A DNA stretch of 64,000 nucleotides from an uncultured Gammaproteobacteria bacterium (GTDB taxonomy: Bacteria; Patescibacteriota; Patescibacteriia; UBA11705): assembly GCA_964413735.1 (NCBI GenBank), contig CAYPSS010000003.1, positions 106,626 through 170,625 of the forward strand, written 5' to 3'. Position numbers and translations under genes: made by a program. This document shows positions 10,584 to 25,102 of the stretch, piece by piece. Positions within the stretch are counted from its first letter, which is position 1. Each line of letters opens with the position of its first letter. The notes under the pieces were generated by a model. That model made no database searches. It saw only the letters and a program-made list of their open reading frames with translations, and was not told where the DNA came from.

Positions 10584-10607
10584 AAATCTCGTAAAACGAG
10601 ATTTTTT
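10584..10607 (+). terminator. Intrinsic terminator of cassette 1
   Basis: aaatctcgt-aaa-acgagattt plus T tract. Confidence 0.75.
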
Positions 10608-10639
10608 CGTTAAATTAGATAAATTATATTGAGATAAAC

Positions 10640-10710
10640 TTGACAAATTTAGTGGATTTGCTATAATGCGTTTGCTGCAAAATGGCAGTCGTTCTTCTCT
10701 TTCAGGAGGT
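10640..10710 (+). promoter_or_regulatory. Sigma70 promoter and SD of orphan cassette 2
   Basis: TTGACA(10640)-16 bp-TATAAT(10662) with TG extension; AGGAGGT at 10704-10710. Confidence 0.8.
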
Positions 10711-10714
10711 TTCT

Positions 10715-10990
10715 GTGGAAGGCGTGGCCAGTGTTCCGGTTGTTCAGGGTGAGGTTCCGGCGCCGACCGAGGCTCCTCTGCCGCAGTTGTCGGTGGATCA
10801 GGAGATTCAGATTCGGAATGTCCTACGCGACATCCTCGAGCGCTGCGAGCGCCCGAGCGACGTCAAGCGTGCGGTCATCCGGCGGCTCGGCGGGAAGTAC
10901 ACTTTCCCGGCGCCGACGGTGATCTGCCGTAAGTCACAGCGACTGGTGGCGATCAAGATCGGCGACCAGGAGATCAGCGTCGAATTGTAA
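10715..10990 (+). CDS. GC-rich orphan protein, 91 aa (probable GTG start at 10715)
   Basis: SD 4 nt before in-frame GTG; 153/240 G+C counted over 10741-10980 in an AT-rich genome. Confidence 0.7.
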   Translation: MEGVASVPVVQGEVPAPTEAPLPQLSVDQEIQIRNVLRDILERCERPSDVKRAVIRRLGGKYTFPAPTVICRKSQRLVAIKIGDQEISVEL

Positions 10991-10997
10991 TCTTGAT

Positions 10998-11022
10998 AGC
11001 AGATCAAATGATCTGCTTTTTT
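10998..11022 (+). terminator. Intrinsic terminator of cassette 2
   Basis: agcagatca-aa-tgatctgct plus T tract. Confidence 0.75.
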
Positions 11023-11056
11023 GTTTGATTGATGTTTTTCACGTTTTATTTTTTAA

Positions 11057-11304
11057 TACTTGTCCCACTTGTTTTGCTTATTACTTTCTTGCTTACAGCT
11101 TTCTTTATTCTACAGCTCAGACTCTGAAACAAGTTCAGAGTGAGAATATGGTTTTTATTTTTATTCCCTCATTTCCTAATTCTTAATCCCTTTTAATACT
11201 CGTTTCACTCGTATTACTTGTCCCACTTGTTTTGCTTATTACTTTCTTGCTTGCCGCTTTCTTGATTCAACAGCTCAGACTCTGAAACAAGTTCAGAGTG
11301 AGAA
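11057..11304. repeat. Two 90-bp direct repeats (11057-11146, 11215-11304), each ending in a REP-like palindrome
   Basis: tacttgtcccacttgttttgcttattactttcttgctt...ctcagactctgaaacaagttcagagtgagaa occurs twice with few mismatches. Confidence 0.85.
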
Positions 11305-11362
11305 GATAACTTGTTTTACTTGTCTTGCTTATCACTTTCTTGCTTACTACTTACTTGTTGTC

Positions 11363-11414
11363 TGCTTCGACTTGCTTCGCCCGCATAGCGAGGCGAGCGC
11401 TGCTCAGCATGACA
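11363..11414. repeat. REP-like element (cttcgac...gctcagcatgaca) with nested GC-rich hairpin
   Basis: Inner stem cttgcttcgc-ccgcata-gcgaggcgag (10 bp with G-U pairs). Confidence 0.55.
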
Positions 11415-11420
11415 ACATGA

Positions 11421-11479
11421 TTGACGAATTGTTTTTTTTATGATAATTATTGGTTGGGAATTCTTCAAAAAAGGAGAGC
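11421..11479 (+). promoter_or_regulatory. Promoter and SD of orphan cassette 3
   Basis: TTGACG(11421)-17 bp ending TGA-TAATTA; AAGGAGAG upstream of ATG 11484. Confidence 0.65.
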
Positions 11480-11483
11480 GAAA

Positions 11484-11966
11484 ATGCGAGAAAATTTGAC
11501 TTTGATTATTGTAATTGTCGCAATTATTACCGCTTTCTTAACGCTGGCAGTACAGATTTTTTACGCGTGGTTACAACGAAAAGGTTTTTTACAAAAAGTT
11601 CGTTCGTTTGTTTATCAATCAAGTAATTCTTTTGCAGTTACATTGCCGGATATTTCTTGGTTGCAAATAACTTTGCGTTGGTATTTTGATGCGAAGTTTG
11701 TTTTAACGGAAACGGAAAGGGGACATTATAATAATTTGTTTTATCGGGCGATTGAAAAAGTTATTGTGCAAAATGAATGTTCAACAGATTTTTATCAATC
11801 AGAAGAATTTGTACTTTTATTGGTTAAGGCTTTGCAGGAATTGATAATTGATTCAACGAAAAAAAAATCTGTCTTTCAATTGGAAGTTACTTTGGAAAAA
11901 AACTGTCCAAGAATCCAGAGTGTAAGTTTGCGTCGAGTACTGTCCCCGGAAGATTTTGTGAATTGA
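11484..11966 (+). CDS. Orphan protein with N-terminal TM anchor, 160 aa (probable start 11484)
   Basis: SD-preceded ATG, MRENLTLIIVIVAIITAFLTLAV; followed by terminator. Confidence 0.7.
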   Translation: MRENLTLIIVIVAIITAFLTLAVQIFYAWLQRKGFLQKVRSFVYQSSNSFAVTLPDISWLQITLRWYFDAKFVLTETERGHYNNLFYRAIEKVIVQNECSTDFYQSEEFVLLLVKALQELIIDSTKKKSVFQLEVTLEKNCPRIQSVSLRRVLSPEDFVN

Positions 11967-11972
11967 ATTTTG

Positions 11973-11997
11973 AGGAAGTTAATAACTTCCTTTTTTT
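11973..11997 (+). terminator. Intrinsic terminator of cassette 3
   Basis: aggaagtt-aat-aacttcct plus T tract. Confidence 0.75.
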
Positions 11998-12035
11998 ATT
12001 TTATCTTGAATGATGATATGTTATAATATACCAAT

Positions 12036-12836
12036 ATGATTGGAGTTTTTGATTCGGGATTGGGCGGTTTAACAATTCTCAAAGAATTAAGAAAAACTTT
12101 GCCTCAATACGATTATTTATATTTAGGTGATACTTTGCATTTGCCTTATGGCAATCGTAGTCAGGAAGCGATTTATCAGTTGACGGTCAAGGCCTGTGAT
12201 TTTTTGTTTGCGCAAGGGGTGAAGTTAATTATTATTGCTTGTAACACGGCCAGTGCCAAAGCCTTGCCACGCTTGCAACAAGAATATTTATTGCAACGAA
12301 AAAGCAAAACAGAAAACATCTTGGGCGTGGTTCGACCGGTCGCCGAATATTTTGCTCAGCATTATCAAAGGATTGGGGTAATTGGAACGCGCGGGACAAT
12401 AGATTCTTTGGTTTATGAAAAGGAAATCAAACAATTGAATAAAAAAGCAAAAATTTATCAAGTGGCTACTCCTCTTTTGGTGCCGTTAATTGAAGAGGGT
12501 TGGGGGAATAGTCCGGAAATGGAAGGTGTTTTACGAAAGTATTTAAAAGTGTTAAAATCTAAAAAATTGGAAGGTTTAATTTTGGGTTGCACCCATTATC
12601 CTTTGGTTATTAGGCAAATCCAAAAACAACTCGGACAAAATTGTGTGATTCCGCATCCGGGTAAAATCGTGTCTTGGAAATTACAGGAATATTTAAAGCG
12701 TCATCTTGAATTGGAAAAAACCATTTCACGACAAGGGAAATGTCAGTATTGTGTGACTGATCTAACGGATAATTTTCGTGAAATTGCACAAAAATTTTTG
12801 AAAAATAAAATAATAATTAATCAAGTGGAATATTAA
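12036..12836 (+). CDS. murI: Glutamate racemase
   Basis: IGVFDSGLGGL, ACNTA, LGCTHYP. Confidence 0.97.
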   Translation: MIGVFDSGLGGLTILKELRKTLPQYDYLYLGDTLHLPYGNRSQEAIYQLTVKACDFLFAQGVKLIIIACNTASAKALPRLQQEYLLQRKSKTENILGVVRPVAEYFAQHYQRIGVIGTRGTIDSLVYEKEIKQLNKKAKIYQVATPLLVPLIEEGWGNSPEMEGVLRKYLKVLKSKKLEGLILGCTHYPLVIRQIQKQLGQNCVIPHPGKIVSWKLQEYLKRHLELEKTISRQGKCQYCVTDLTDNFREIAQKFLKNKIIINQVEY

Positions 12837-12838
12837 AT

Positions 12839-13984
12839 ATGATTTTAACGATTGTGGTATTTGTGGCCGTGTTAGCGTTGTTGATTTTTGTTCATGAAAT
12901 CGGACATTATACAACAGCAAAAATTTTTAAAGTTAAGGCTGAAGAATTTGGCTTTGGTTTACCACCTCGACTTTTCGGTTGGACGAAAAAAAACGGCAAA
13001 AGAAAATTTTTCTGGGGTAACAAAGAAGTGGAAAAACTGGAATCTGAAGATACGGTTTGGTCAATCAATTGGTTACCACTCGGTGGTTTTGTAAAGATCA
13101 AAGGAGAGGATGGTGAAAATCGTGAAGCGGACAGTTTTGCTTTGCAAAAAGCGTGGAAACGAACCATTATTTTAGCATCCGGGGTTTTTATGAATTTGGT
13201 TTTGGCGGTGGTGTTGTTATCAGCGGTTTTGATGATCGGTGCGCCTCAGGTGATTGATAATGAAAACCAATCGGCGCAAGATGCGAAAATTCAAATTTTG
13301 CAAGTATTGCCTGATTCTCCTGCGGCCTTGGCCGGTTTGAAAACCGGTGACGTAATTTTAAAAGTTGATGATTTTAATCCAGCTGAAACTTCACAAGTAG
13401 CTGATTATGTAGCTGATAAAAGTGATCAGACAGTTAATTTGACGATTGATCGTTATGGTGAAGAGTTATCATTGTCATTAATACCGAAAATAAATGCTGA
13501 CCTCGGACAAGCGCAAATGGGGGTGTCTTTGATTAAGGCGGGAATTGTTTCTTATCCGTGGTATGAAGCGATTTGGCGTGGTTTGAAATGGACAATTTCC
13601 ATGACCGGGATGATTTTGGTGGCTTTTTATCAAGTGATTAAAAATTTGATTGTTGGTTTGCCGGCCGGAATTGAAGTGGCCGGTCCGATCGGAATTGCGG
13701 CCATTACCGGGCAAGCGGCTCGTATGGGATTGGTTTATGTAATGCAGTTTGCAGCTATGTTATCAATTAATTTGGCGATTATTAATATTTTGCCTTTTCC
13801 GGCACTTGATGGCGGGCGAATTTTGTTTATTATTATTGAGAAAATTCGTCGTCGCCCGGTTAGTCAAAAAATTGAAAGTATAATCCATGCTGTTGGTTTT
13901 ACGGTGTTGATCGGTTTAATGCTTTTTGTTACCGGACGAGATATTTTCAATGTCAGTGATTTGATGAAAAATTTATTTGGTTAA
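12839..13984 (+). CDS. rseP: RIP metalloprotease RseP (M50) with PDZ domain
   Basis: HEIGH, PLGGFVKI, PDZ segment, NILPFPALDGG. Confidence 0.95.
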   Translation: MILTIVVFVAVLALLIFVHEIGHYTTAKIFKVKAEEFGFGLPPRLFGWTKKNGKRKFFWGNKEVEKLESEDTVWSINWLPLGGFVKIKGEDGENREADSFALQKAWKRTIILASGVFMNLVLAVVLLSAVLMIGAPQVIDNENQSAQDAKIQILQVLPDSPAALAGLKTGDVILKVDDFNPAETSQVADYVADKSDQTVNLTIDRYGEELSLSLIPKINADLGQAQMGVSLIKAGIVSYPWYEAIWRGLKWTISMTGMILVAFYQVIKNLIVGLPAGIEVAGPIGIAAITGQAARMGLVYVMQFAAMLSINLAIINILPFPALDGGRILFIIIEKIRRRPVSQKIESIIHAVGFTVLIGLMLFVTGRDIFNVSDLMKNLFG

Positions 13985-13987
13985 AAT

Positions 13988-14725
13988 ATGAAAACCAAGA
14001 AACAATATAATAAAACTTTAATCGTGGGAATTTTGTTAATCGTATTTATTGCGGTTTTTTCCGCGGTAATGGTTTTTTTGTTGTTTGTGAATAACAGTTT
14101 GCAGAAAATGCAGTCTGACGTTTACAATGTGAAACAAGCGGTGGCGGTGCAACAGAAAAATAACTGGCAAGTAATGCAAGAACAGCTCCAAACCGTAATT
14201 TCCAATACCCAAGAAAAATCAGCCTCTGCCGGTTTTCATTATGTTAATGATAGTTGGGGGTTGGCGTTTGATTTTCCTTTGGAACAAGGACAAAAATTTC
14301 AATTGCGAGAAATTGATAATATGGTAATGTTTGGTGTGGCGGATAGTGTTAATGATCAAGATTTTCCGCGTTTTACCGTCCGTTACTTACCGCAAACCAC
14401 GATTGAGGATTATCAAGATCAAGTGCGTTTTCAGGGAGAGGAGTGTTTAGCCGGTGAAAAATGTTTAATGTTTGATTTTGCTTTCGAATCATTGGATAAA
14501 GATCGTAAATCGGCTTTGAATAAAATTTTTGAAAAAGATCAGGTAAATGATTTGAATTTTTGGAAGGTTTTATTGAATCAAGATTGTGTGACACCGATTC
14601 TTTTGATTTATAATGAAAATAATCAAGCGTTGATTGAGTTTCAAGAAAATTGTTTGTCCGGTAGCGAAGCGGGGTTTGAATCATTGATGGGAATAGTTCG
14701 TAGCCTTTCTTTTGTGAAAAAATAA
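13988..14725 (+). CDS. Membrane-anchored hypothetical protein
   Basis: 245 aa ORF with N-terminal TM, in operon. Confidence 0.65.
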   Translation: MKTKKQYNKTLIVGILLIVFIAVFSAVMVFLLFVNNSLQKMQSDVYNVKQAVAVQQKNNWQVMQEQLQTVISNTQEKSASAGFHYVNDSWGLAFDFPLEQGQKFQLREIDNMVMFGVADSVNDQDFPRFTVRYLPQTTIEDYQDQVRFQGEECLAGEKCLMFDFAFESLDKDRKSALNKIFEKDQVNDLNFWKVLLNQDCVTPILLIYNENNQALIEFQENCLSGSEAGFESLMGIVRSLSFVKK

Positions 14726-14774
14726 AATGTGATACAATTTAGCTGATAGGGGGATTTTTTTATTAAACAAAAAT

Positions 14775-15071
14775 ATGAATAAAAAACAAACGGACAAAGT
14801 AACGGAGAAAATGAGCATCAAAGAAAAACAATTAAAAAATGAGTTGTCGCATTTCCGTCGATTGAATATGATGATTTTCGGTTTACTTGTAATAGTGATT
14901 TTATCTTTTGGTGCTTTGTTTTCCATGATGTATCTGGAAGTAAGAATGATGTGTTTGCAACTGCAAAATGTTTATGATTCACTGATCGTGGAAATCAATC
15001 AAGTAGATGACTTCCTGGCTCCGGATTTAATTGGTCTGCCGGAAAGTTTTGAGGAAGTTTCTACCGAGTAA
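14775..15071 (+). CDS. Small single-TM hypothetical protein
   Basis: 98 aa ORF with central hydrophobic helix. Confidence 0.6.
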   Translation: MNKKQTDKVTEKMSIKEKQLKNELSHFRRLNMMIFGLLVIVILSFGALFSMMYLEVRMMCLQLQNVYDSLIVEINQVDDFLAPDLIGLPESFEEVSTE

Positions 15072-15120
15072 TTTGTAAAACGGTTGATAAGTTTATTTTT
15101 GCTGTTTTTTTAGTCAAAAC

Positions 15121-15143
15121 AATCCCCAGTTGCGGGGATTTTT
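15121..15143 (+). terminator. Intrinsic terminator
   Basis: aatcccc-agttgc-ggggatt plus T tract. Confidence 0.6.
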
Positions 15144-15257
15144 CGTTTGGGGAAAATAGGAAAATTTGTTATAATTAAATTGAAATAATTCGAATAATAG
15201 AGCCTAAGCGATTTCTCAGATAATCGTTTGTGTGTTGATATTATTCTTTAAGTTTAT

Positions 15258-16256
15258 ATGAAAAAAGTGGCGATCAATGGTTTTGGCCGAATCGGTCGAG
15301 CCAGTTTGAAAATTATTTTGGATAAACACAAAAATTTTGAGGTGGTGGCGATTAATGATTTGGGTGATTTGAATAATTTAGCTTATTTATTGCGGTTTGA
15401 TACGGCTCAAGGTCGTTATAACAAAAAAGTAAGTGTCAGCGGATCAAATTTAATTGTCGGAACAAAAAAAATTCCTTTTTTCAGTGAAAAAGAACCGGAA
15501 AAATTACCGTGGAAAAAATTAAAAGTAGATGTGGTGTTGGAATGTACCGGTGTCTTTACCAAAAAAGAAGATGCTTCAAAGCATCTTAGAGCCGGTGCTA
15601 AACAGGTAATAATATCGGCGCCATCAAAAAGTGAAGGGGTGATTACCGTGGTACGTGGGGTTAATGAAAAATTAGCCAAAGGTCAAAAAGTGATTGCCAA
15701 TGCCAGTTGTACTACCAATTGTACCGCACCCGTCATGTCGGTCCTGGATCAAGCGTTTGGCGTGGAAAAAGCTTTGTTAACCACTATTCATGCGGTGACT
15801 GCCAGTCAAAGAACGGTTGATTTGCCGGTAGCCAAGGATTGGCGTGAAGGTCGTTCGGTGATTGGAAATATGATTCCCACTAGTACCGGGGCAGCCAAAG
15901 CCACTGCTTTGACTTTACCTCAATTGTCAGAGAAATTTGATGGTGTATCAGTGAGAGTGCCGGTGGTTTGTGGATCGTTGATTGATGTGGTGGCGTTATT
16001 GAAAAAAAATGTGACAGTTGAACAAGTTAATGAAGCATTTAAAAAATTTGCAAAAAAGCCTCAATTTAAAAATTTATTGGAGGTATCCGAACATGATGAA
16101 TTGGTTTCCAGCGATATTGTTAATACCACCGCTTCGGCAATCGTGGATTTGGCTTTTACTCGAGTGGTTGATGGTAATTTGGTTAAGGTTATGGCCTGGT
16201 ATGATAATGAATGGGGTTATTCCAATCGCTTAGTGGAAATGATTGCTTATATTTAA
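15258..16256 (+). CDS. gap: Type I glyceraldehyde-3-phosphate dehydrogenase
   Basis: VAINGFGRIGR, NASCTTNC, AWYDNEWGYS. Confidence 0.97.
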   Translation: MKKVAINGFGRIGRASLKIILDKHKNFEVVAINDLGDLNNLAYLLRFDTAQGRYNKKVSVSGSNLIVGTKKIPFFSEKEPEKLPWKKLKVDVVLECTGVFTKKEDASKHLRAGAKQVIISAPSKSEGVITVVRGVNEKLAKGQKVIANASCTTNCTAPVMSVLDQAFGVEKALLTTIHAVTASQRTVDLPVAKDWREGRSVIGNMIPTSTGAAKATALTLPQLSEKFDGVSVRVPVVCGSLIDVVALLKKNVTVEQVNEAFKKFAKKPQFKNLLEVSEHDELVSSDIVNTTASAIVDLAFTRVVDGNLVKVMAWYDNEWGYSNRLVEMIAYI

Positions 16257-16257
16257 T

Positions 16258-17049
16258 ATGTGGTTATTGTATTTTGGTACGGCATTTTTGGGTTTGATCA
16301 TCGGAAGTTTTTTGAATGTGTTGATTGTGCGTTTGCCGGAAAAACAAACCTGGTGGGGAAAAGCGCGTTCTATTTGTTGGCGCTGTTTGAAAGTTTTGCC
16401 TTTACCTGATTTGGTTCCTGTTTTGAGTTTCCTGCGATTAAAGGGAAAATGTCGTTTTTGTCATACTAAAATATCTTGGCAATATCCGTTGGTTGAACTG
16501 GCCACCATGATTTTGTTTGTTTTGGCTTTATGGCAAAATAATTTGATTGATTATCATGACTATTTCAAATTAGTGGCTGATTGGTTGTTTTTGTCAATTT
16601 TATTGGTGGTTTTTGTTATTGATTTAAAACATTTGCTGATTATTGATCGGATGATTTATGTGGTAATGCCAATAGTTTTTTTCTTTAATTGGTATTTATC
16701 CGGATGGAGCTGGTGGGCAGTCGGGGATATGCTTTTGGCCGGTATGATTGGCTTTTTGTTTTATTGGTTACAATATTTTATTTCAAAAGGAAGATGGGTT
16801 GGGGATGGTGATATGCGTTTGGCTGCCTTACTCGGGTTGATGCTGGGAACTTCAGGTTTGTGGATTACGCTTTTGGGCGCGTATGTTTTGGGTGGATTGA
16901 TCGCTATCATTTTATTGTTAACCGGTAAAAGCAAATGGGGAGCGCAGTTGCCTATGGGTGCGTTTCTTACTCCTCTGGCGGCTGCCATGGTACTTTATGG
17001 AAATGAAGTTTGGAATTTTTATTGGAATTTAATGTATAAATTTTTATGA
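16258..17049 (+). CDS. pilD: Prepilin peptidase (A24)
   Basis: GSFLNV, RSICWRC...GKCRFC zinc motif, YPLVE, GDGD catalytic motif. Confidence 0.9.
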   Translation: MWLLYFGTAFLGLIIGSFLNVLIVRLPEKQTWWGKARSICWRCLKVLPLPDLVPVLSFLRLKGKCRFCHTKISWQYPLVELATMILFVLALWQNNLIDYHDYFKLVADWLFLSILLVVFVIDLKHLLIIDRMIYVVMPIVFFFNWYLSGWSWWAVGDMLLAGMIGFLFYWLQYFISKGRWVGDGDMRLAALLGLMLGTSGLWITLLGAYVLGGLIAIILLLTGKSKWGAQLPMGAFLTPLAAAMVLYGNEVWNFYWNLMYKFL

Positions 17050-17570
17050 AAAAATATTTAGCCAAATATTTTAAAACCGATTATTTATTAATGGGCGTCA
17101 TTATTTTATTGATTTTATTTTTGGCAATCGGCGCTTTTAATCGTTATCAATCGCAAAATGAGTTGAAAAATTTAATTGATAAAATTAAAGCGGTTTATAT
17201 GGAAGCGCAACAATTGGCATTACGGGCGGAAAAGTTTCAAGGCCAAGATATTTATTCTTATGGGGTATATTTTGATGAAATTAAAAACTCTTTGGTTATT
17301 TGCGCGGATTTAAATGGTGATTTGGCGTGTGATTTTAATGAGCGTTATCAAGAGTCTTTGTTGATTGATCAAGATAAATTTGCCATTTCCGAAGTGGTGC
17401 CGGTTAATTATTTGCGCTTTCAGAAAATTGATGGGGTATGTTTTGCTGATATGTGTGAATTGACTGGTGATCAAGCGGTAATGAAAATTACTTTTGCCAA
17501 TCCATTCCATTACGCGGAAGTGGCCATTGATACCAAATCAGGGGAACCAAAATCATATATTTATGAATAA
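17046..17570 (+). CDS. Pilin/pseudopilin-like protein lacking a canonical class III cleavage motif
   Basis: N-terminal hydrophobic then amphipathic helix (EAQQLAL), YGVYF, ADLNGD; overlaps pilD stop. Confidence 0.5.
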   Translation: MKKYLAKYFKTDYLLMGVIILLILFLAIGAFNRYQSQNELKNLIDKIKAVYMEAQQLALRAEKFQGQDIYSYGVYFDEIKNSLVICADLNGDLACDFNERYQESLLIDQDKFAISEVVPVNYLRFQKIDGVCFADMCELTGDQAVMKITFANPFHYAEVAIDTKSGEPKSYIYE

Positions 17571-18090
17571 TAGAGAAATGAGAAAAATTGATTGGGTCTT
17601 AGTTCGTCGGATTGGTTTATTGTTTTTGTTGCTTGTCATGGTGATTTTAGTGTATTTTTATTATCGAGAACGATCATTGTTAAATGTGGAAATTGTGCGT
17701 TTAAATAATAAAATTAATGAATTAAAATCCATGTCTTATTTGGCAGTAGATGATTCGGGGAATGAAGCATATGGAATGAATTTGATTTCTGATGACGGGA
17801 ATTTCGGTTATCGCTCATATCAAGATCAAAATAATAATTGTGTGTTTGATGAGGTAGATATAATTTTGAATAATTATGAATTACCGGAAAATATTGAAAT
17901 ATTTCGCTCCAGTTTTGGTAATGATATTTGTTGGCGCAATTATTTGGGAATAAATGAAATTTGTACCGAGCAGTTTGGTTGTGACCCGGCTGCGTCAATT
18001 ACTTATCAAATTATTTTGATTGATAAAAAAATTAATTTGGAAAAAATTGTAAGGATTAAGCGTGATATGGGAATTTTACATTTAAAATAA
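17563..18090 (+). CDS. Second pilin/pseudopilin-like protein (probable start 17563)
   Basis: Same architecture as upstream gene (TM, helix, AYGMNL, YQDQNNNCVFD). Confidence 0.45.
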   Translation: MNNREMRKIDWVLVRRIGLLFLLLVMVILVYFYYRERSLLNVEIVRLNNKINELKSMSYLAVDDSGNEAYGMNLISDDGNFGYRSYQDQNNNCVFDEVDIILNNYELPENIEIFRSSFGNDICWRNYLGINEICTEQFGCDPAASITYQIILIDKKINLEKIVRIKRDMGILHLK

Positions 18091-18102
18091 AAATTAAAAA
18101 TT

Positions 18103-18981
18103 ATGACTTGGTATTTATATGTTCTTCTGGCGATTGTCGGTTGGACGCTGGCTAATGTTTTGGATAATTATGTGATTGATACGGAAGTTAAGAGTGTGCG
18201 TTTTGTTAGTGCGGTTTTTAATATTTTCATGTTTGGGATTTTCTTGATTTTAGCTCCATTGGTGGTGAATGTTTGGGTACCCTGGGAAATAATTTTGTGG
18301 TCCATGGTTGCCGGATTGGTTTATACGGCGGGGATATATTTGTATTATTTGGTGATGCAAAAGGAAGATGTGACCGCTTTTGCGCCAATCTTGGCTACCG
18401 AACCAATTTTTGTTTCCGTAATATCCTTTTTCCTGTTTCAACAAAAATTACTTTTGATTCAATATTTGGGGATTGCTGTTGTTTTGATCGGAGTGTATAT
18501 AATTTCTCATCAAAAAAATTTTTACAAAAAACTCAGCCCACGAATAGTGGCATTGTCGGTATTGTCGGTTTTTATGTTTGCTTCGCGAAATTTAATTTTT
18601 GAATATACTACGATTGATTTTCATGTTTTGGTATCCATGTTTTGGATGAGCGTGGTGGGAATGATTGTTTCATTGATCAAAATAATGTCCTTGAAAAATA
18701 ATTGGCCGAAAATTACCGGACGACCATATCGTCATTTATTTGTTAGCGCTGTCCTTTCCGGTTTAGCCTTACTCGCTTTTATTGAAGCAATTGCTATTGG
18801 GAAGGTCGCGGCGGTGTCGGCTCTTGGAGCGATTAAACCTATGGCCGTATTTTTGATTGTTTTTACTTTAAGTAAATTAAAATTCAAGTTGGTTAATGAT
18901 CGGTTTGATCGGGCCACATTACCAAAAAAAATATTTGCCACCGGATTAATTGTAATTGGGGGAGTTTTGGTGGTGATTTAA
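18103..18981 (+). CDS. EamA/DMT family transporter
   Basis: About 10 TM segments in two repeats, 292 aa. Confidence 0.8.
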   Translation: MTWYLYVLLAIVGWTLANVLDNYVIDTEVKSVRFVSAVFNIFMFGIFLILAPLVVNVWVPWEIILWSMVAGLVYTAGIYLYYLVMQKEDVTAFAPILATEPIFVSVISFFLFQQKLLLIQYLGIAVVLIGVYIISHQKNFYKKLSPRIVALSVLSVFMFASRNLIFEYTTIDFHVLVSMFWMSVVGMIVSLIKIMSLKNNWPKITGRPYRHLFVSAVLSGLALLAFIEAIAIGKVAAVSALGAIKPMAVFLIVFTLSKLKFKLVNDRFDRATLPKKIFATGLIVIGGVLVVI

Positions 18982-18985
18982 TCAT

Positions 18986-24790
<5,805 letters not shown>

Positions 24791-24796
24791 AAAAAT

Positions 24797-25102
24797 ATGA
24801 ATTTTAATTTTCCTTATCAAAATCATAAACCCCAAGATTTAATTCGTCTTTGCGGTTATGGTGAGATTTATAATTCCAAAACCAATGAACGGAGCTATCA
24901 ACGAGCTTTGGCGCGAGCCGGTTATCCGCGCTTCCATGTCTATCTGAAGGAATATGATAATTATTTTCAAGTTAGTTTGCATTTGGATCAAAAAAAACCT
25001 TCTTATGATGGTCATGCGCATGCTGGAGAATATGAAGGGGAATTGGTGGAAAATGAAGCCAGACGTATTACCGCTCAAATCGCGGAGATATATGGGATGT
25101 AG
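24797..25102 (+). CDS. Hypothetical protein
   Basis: 101 aa; YPRFHVY and LHLDQKKPSY motifs. Confidence 0.7.
   Translation: MNFNFPYQNHKPQDLIRLCGYGEIYNSKTNERSYQRALARAGYPRFHVYLKEYDNYFQVSLHLDQKKPSYDGHAHAGEYEGELVENEARRITAQIAEIYGM

Noticed and set aside
10682-10714. ORF-track starts at 10682, 11421, 43133, 49831, 35269 and 45844
   Set aside because: These extensions run through promoter/leader sequence or neighbouring genes; downstream starts fit SD spacing or paralog/family alignment better.
11057-11304. Possible CRISPR array
   Set aside because: Only two 90-bp units, no repeat-spacer periodicity and no cas genes.
10419-11997. Integron cassette array
   Set aside because: No attC-like sites with GTTRRRY cores and no intI; each gene has its own promoter and terminator, unlike typical integron cassettes.
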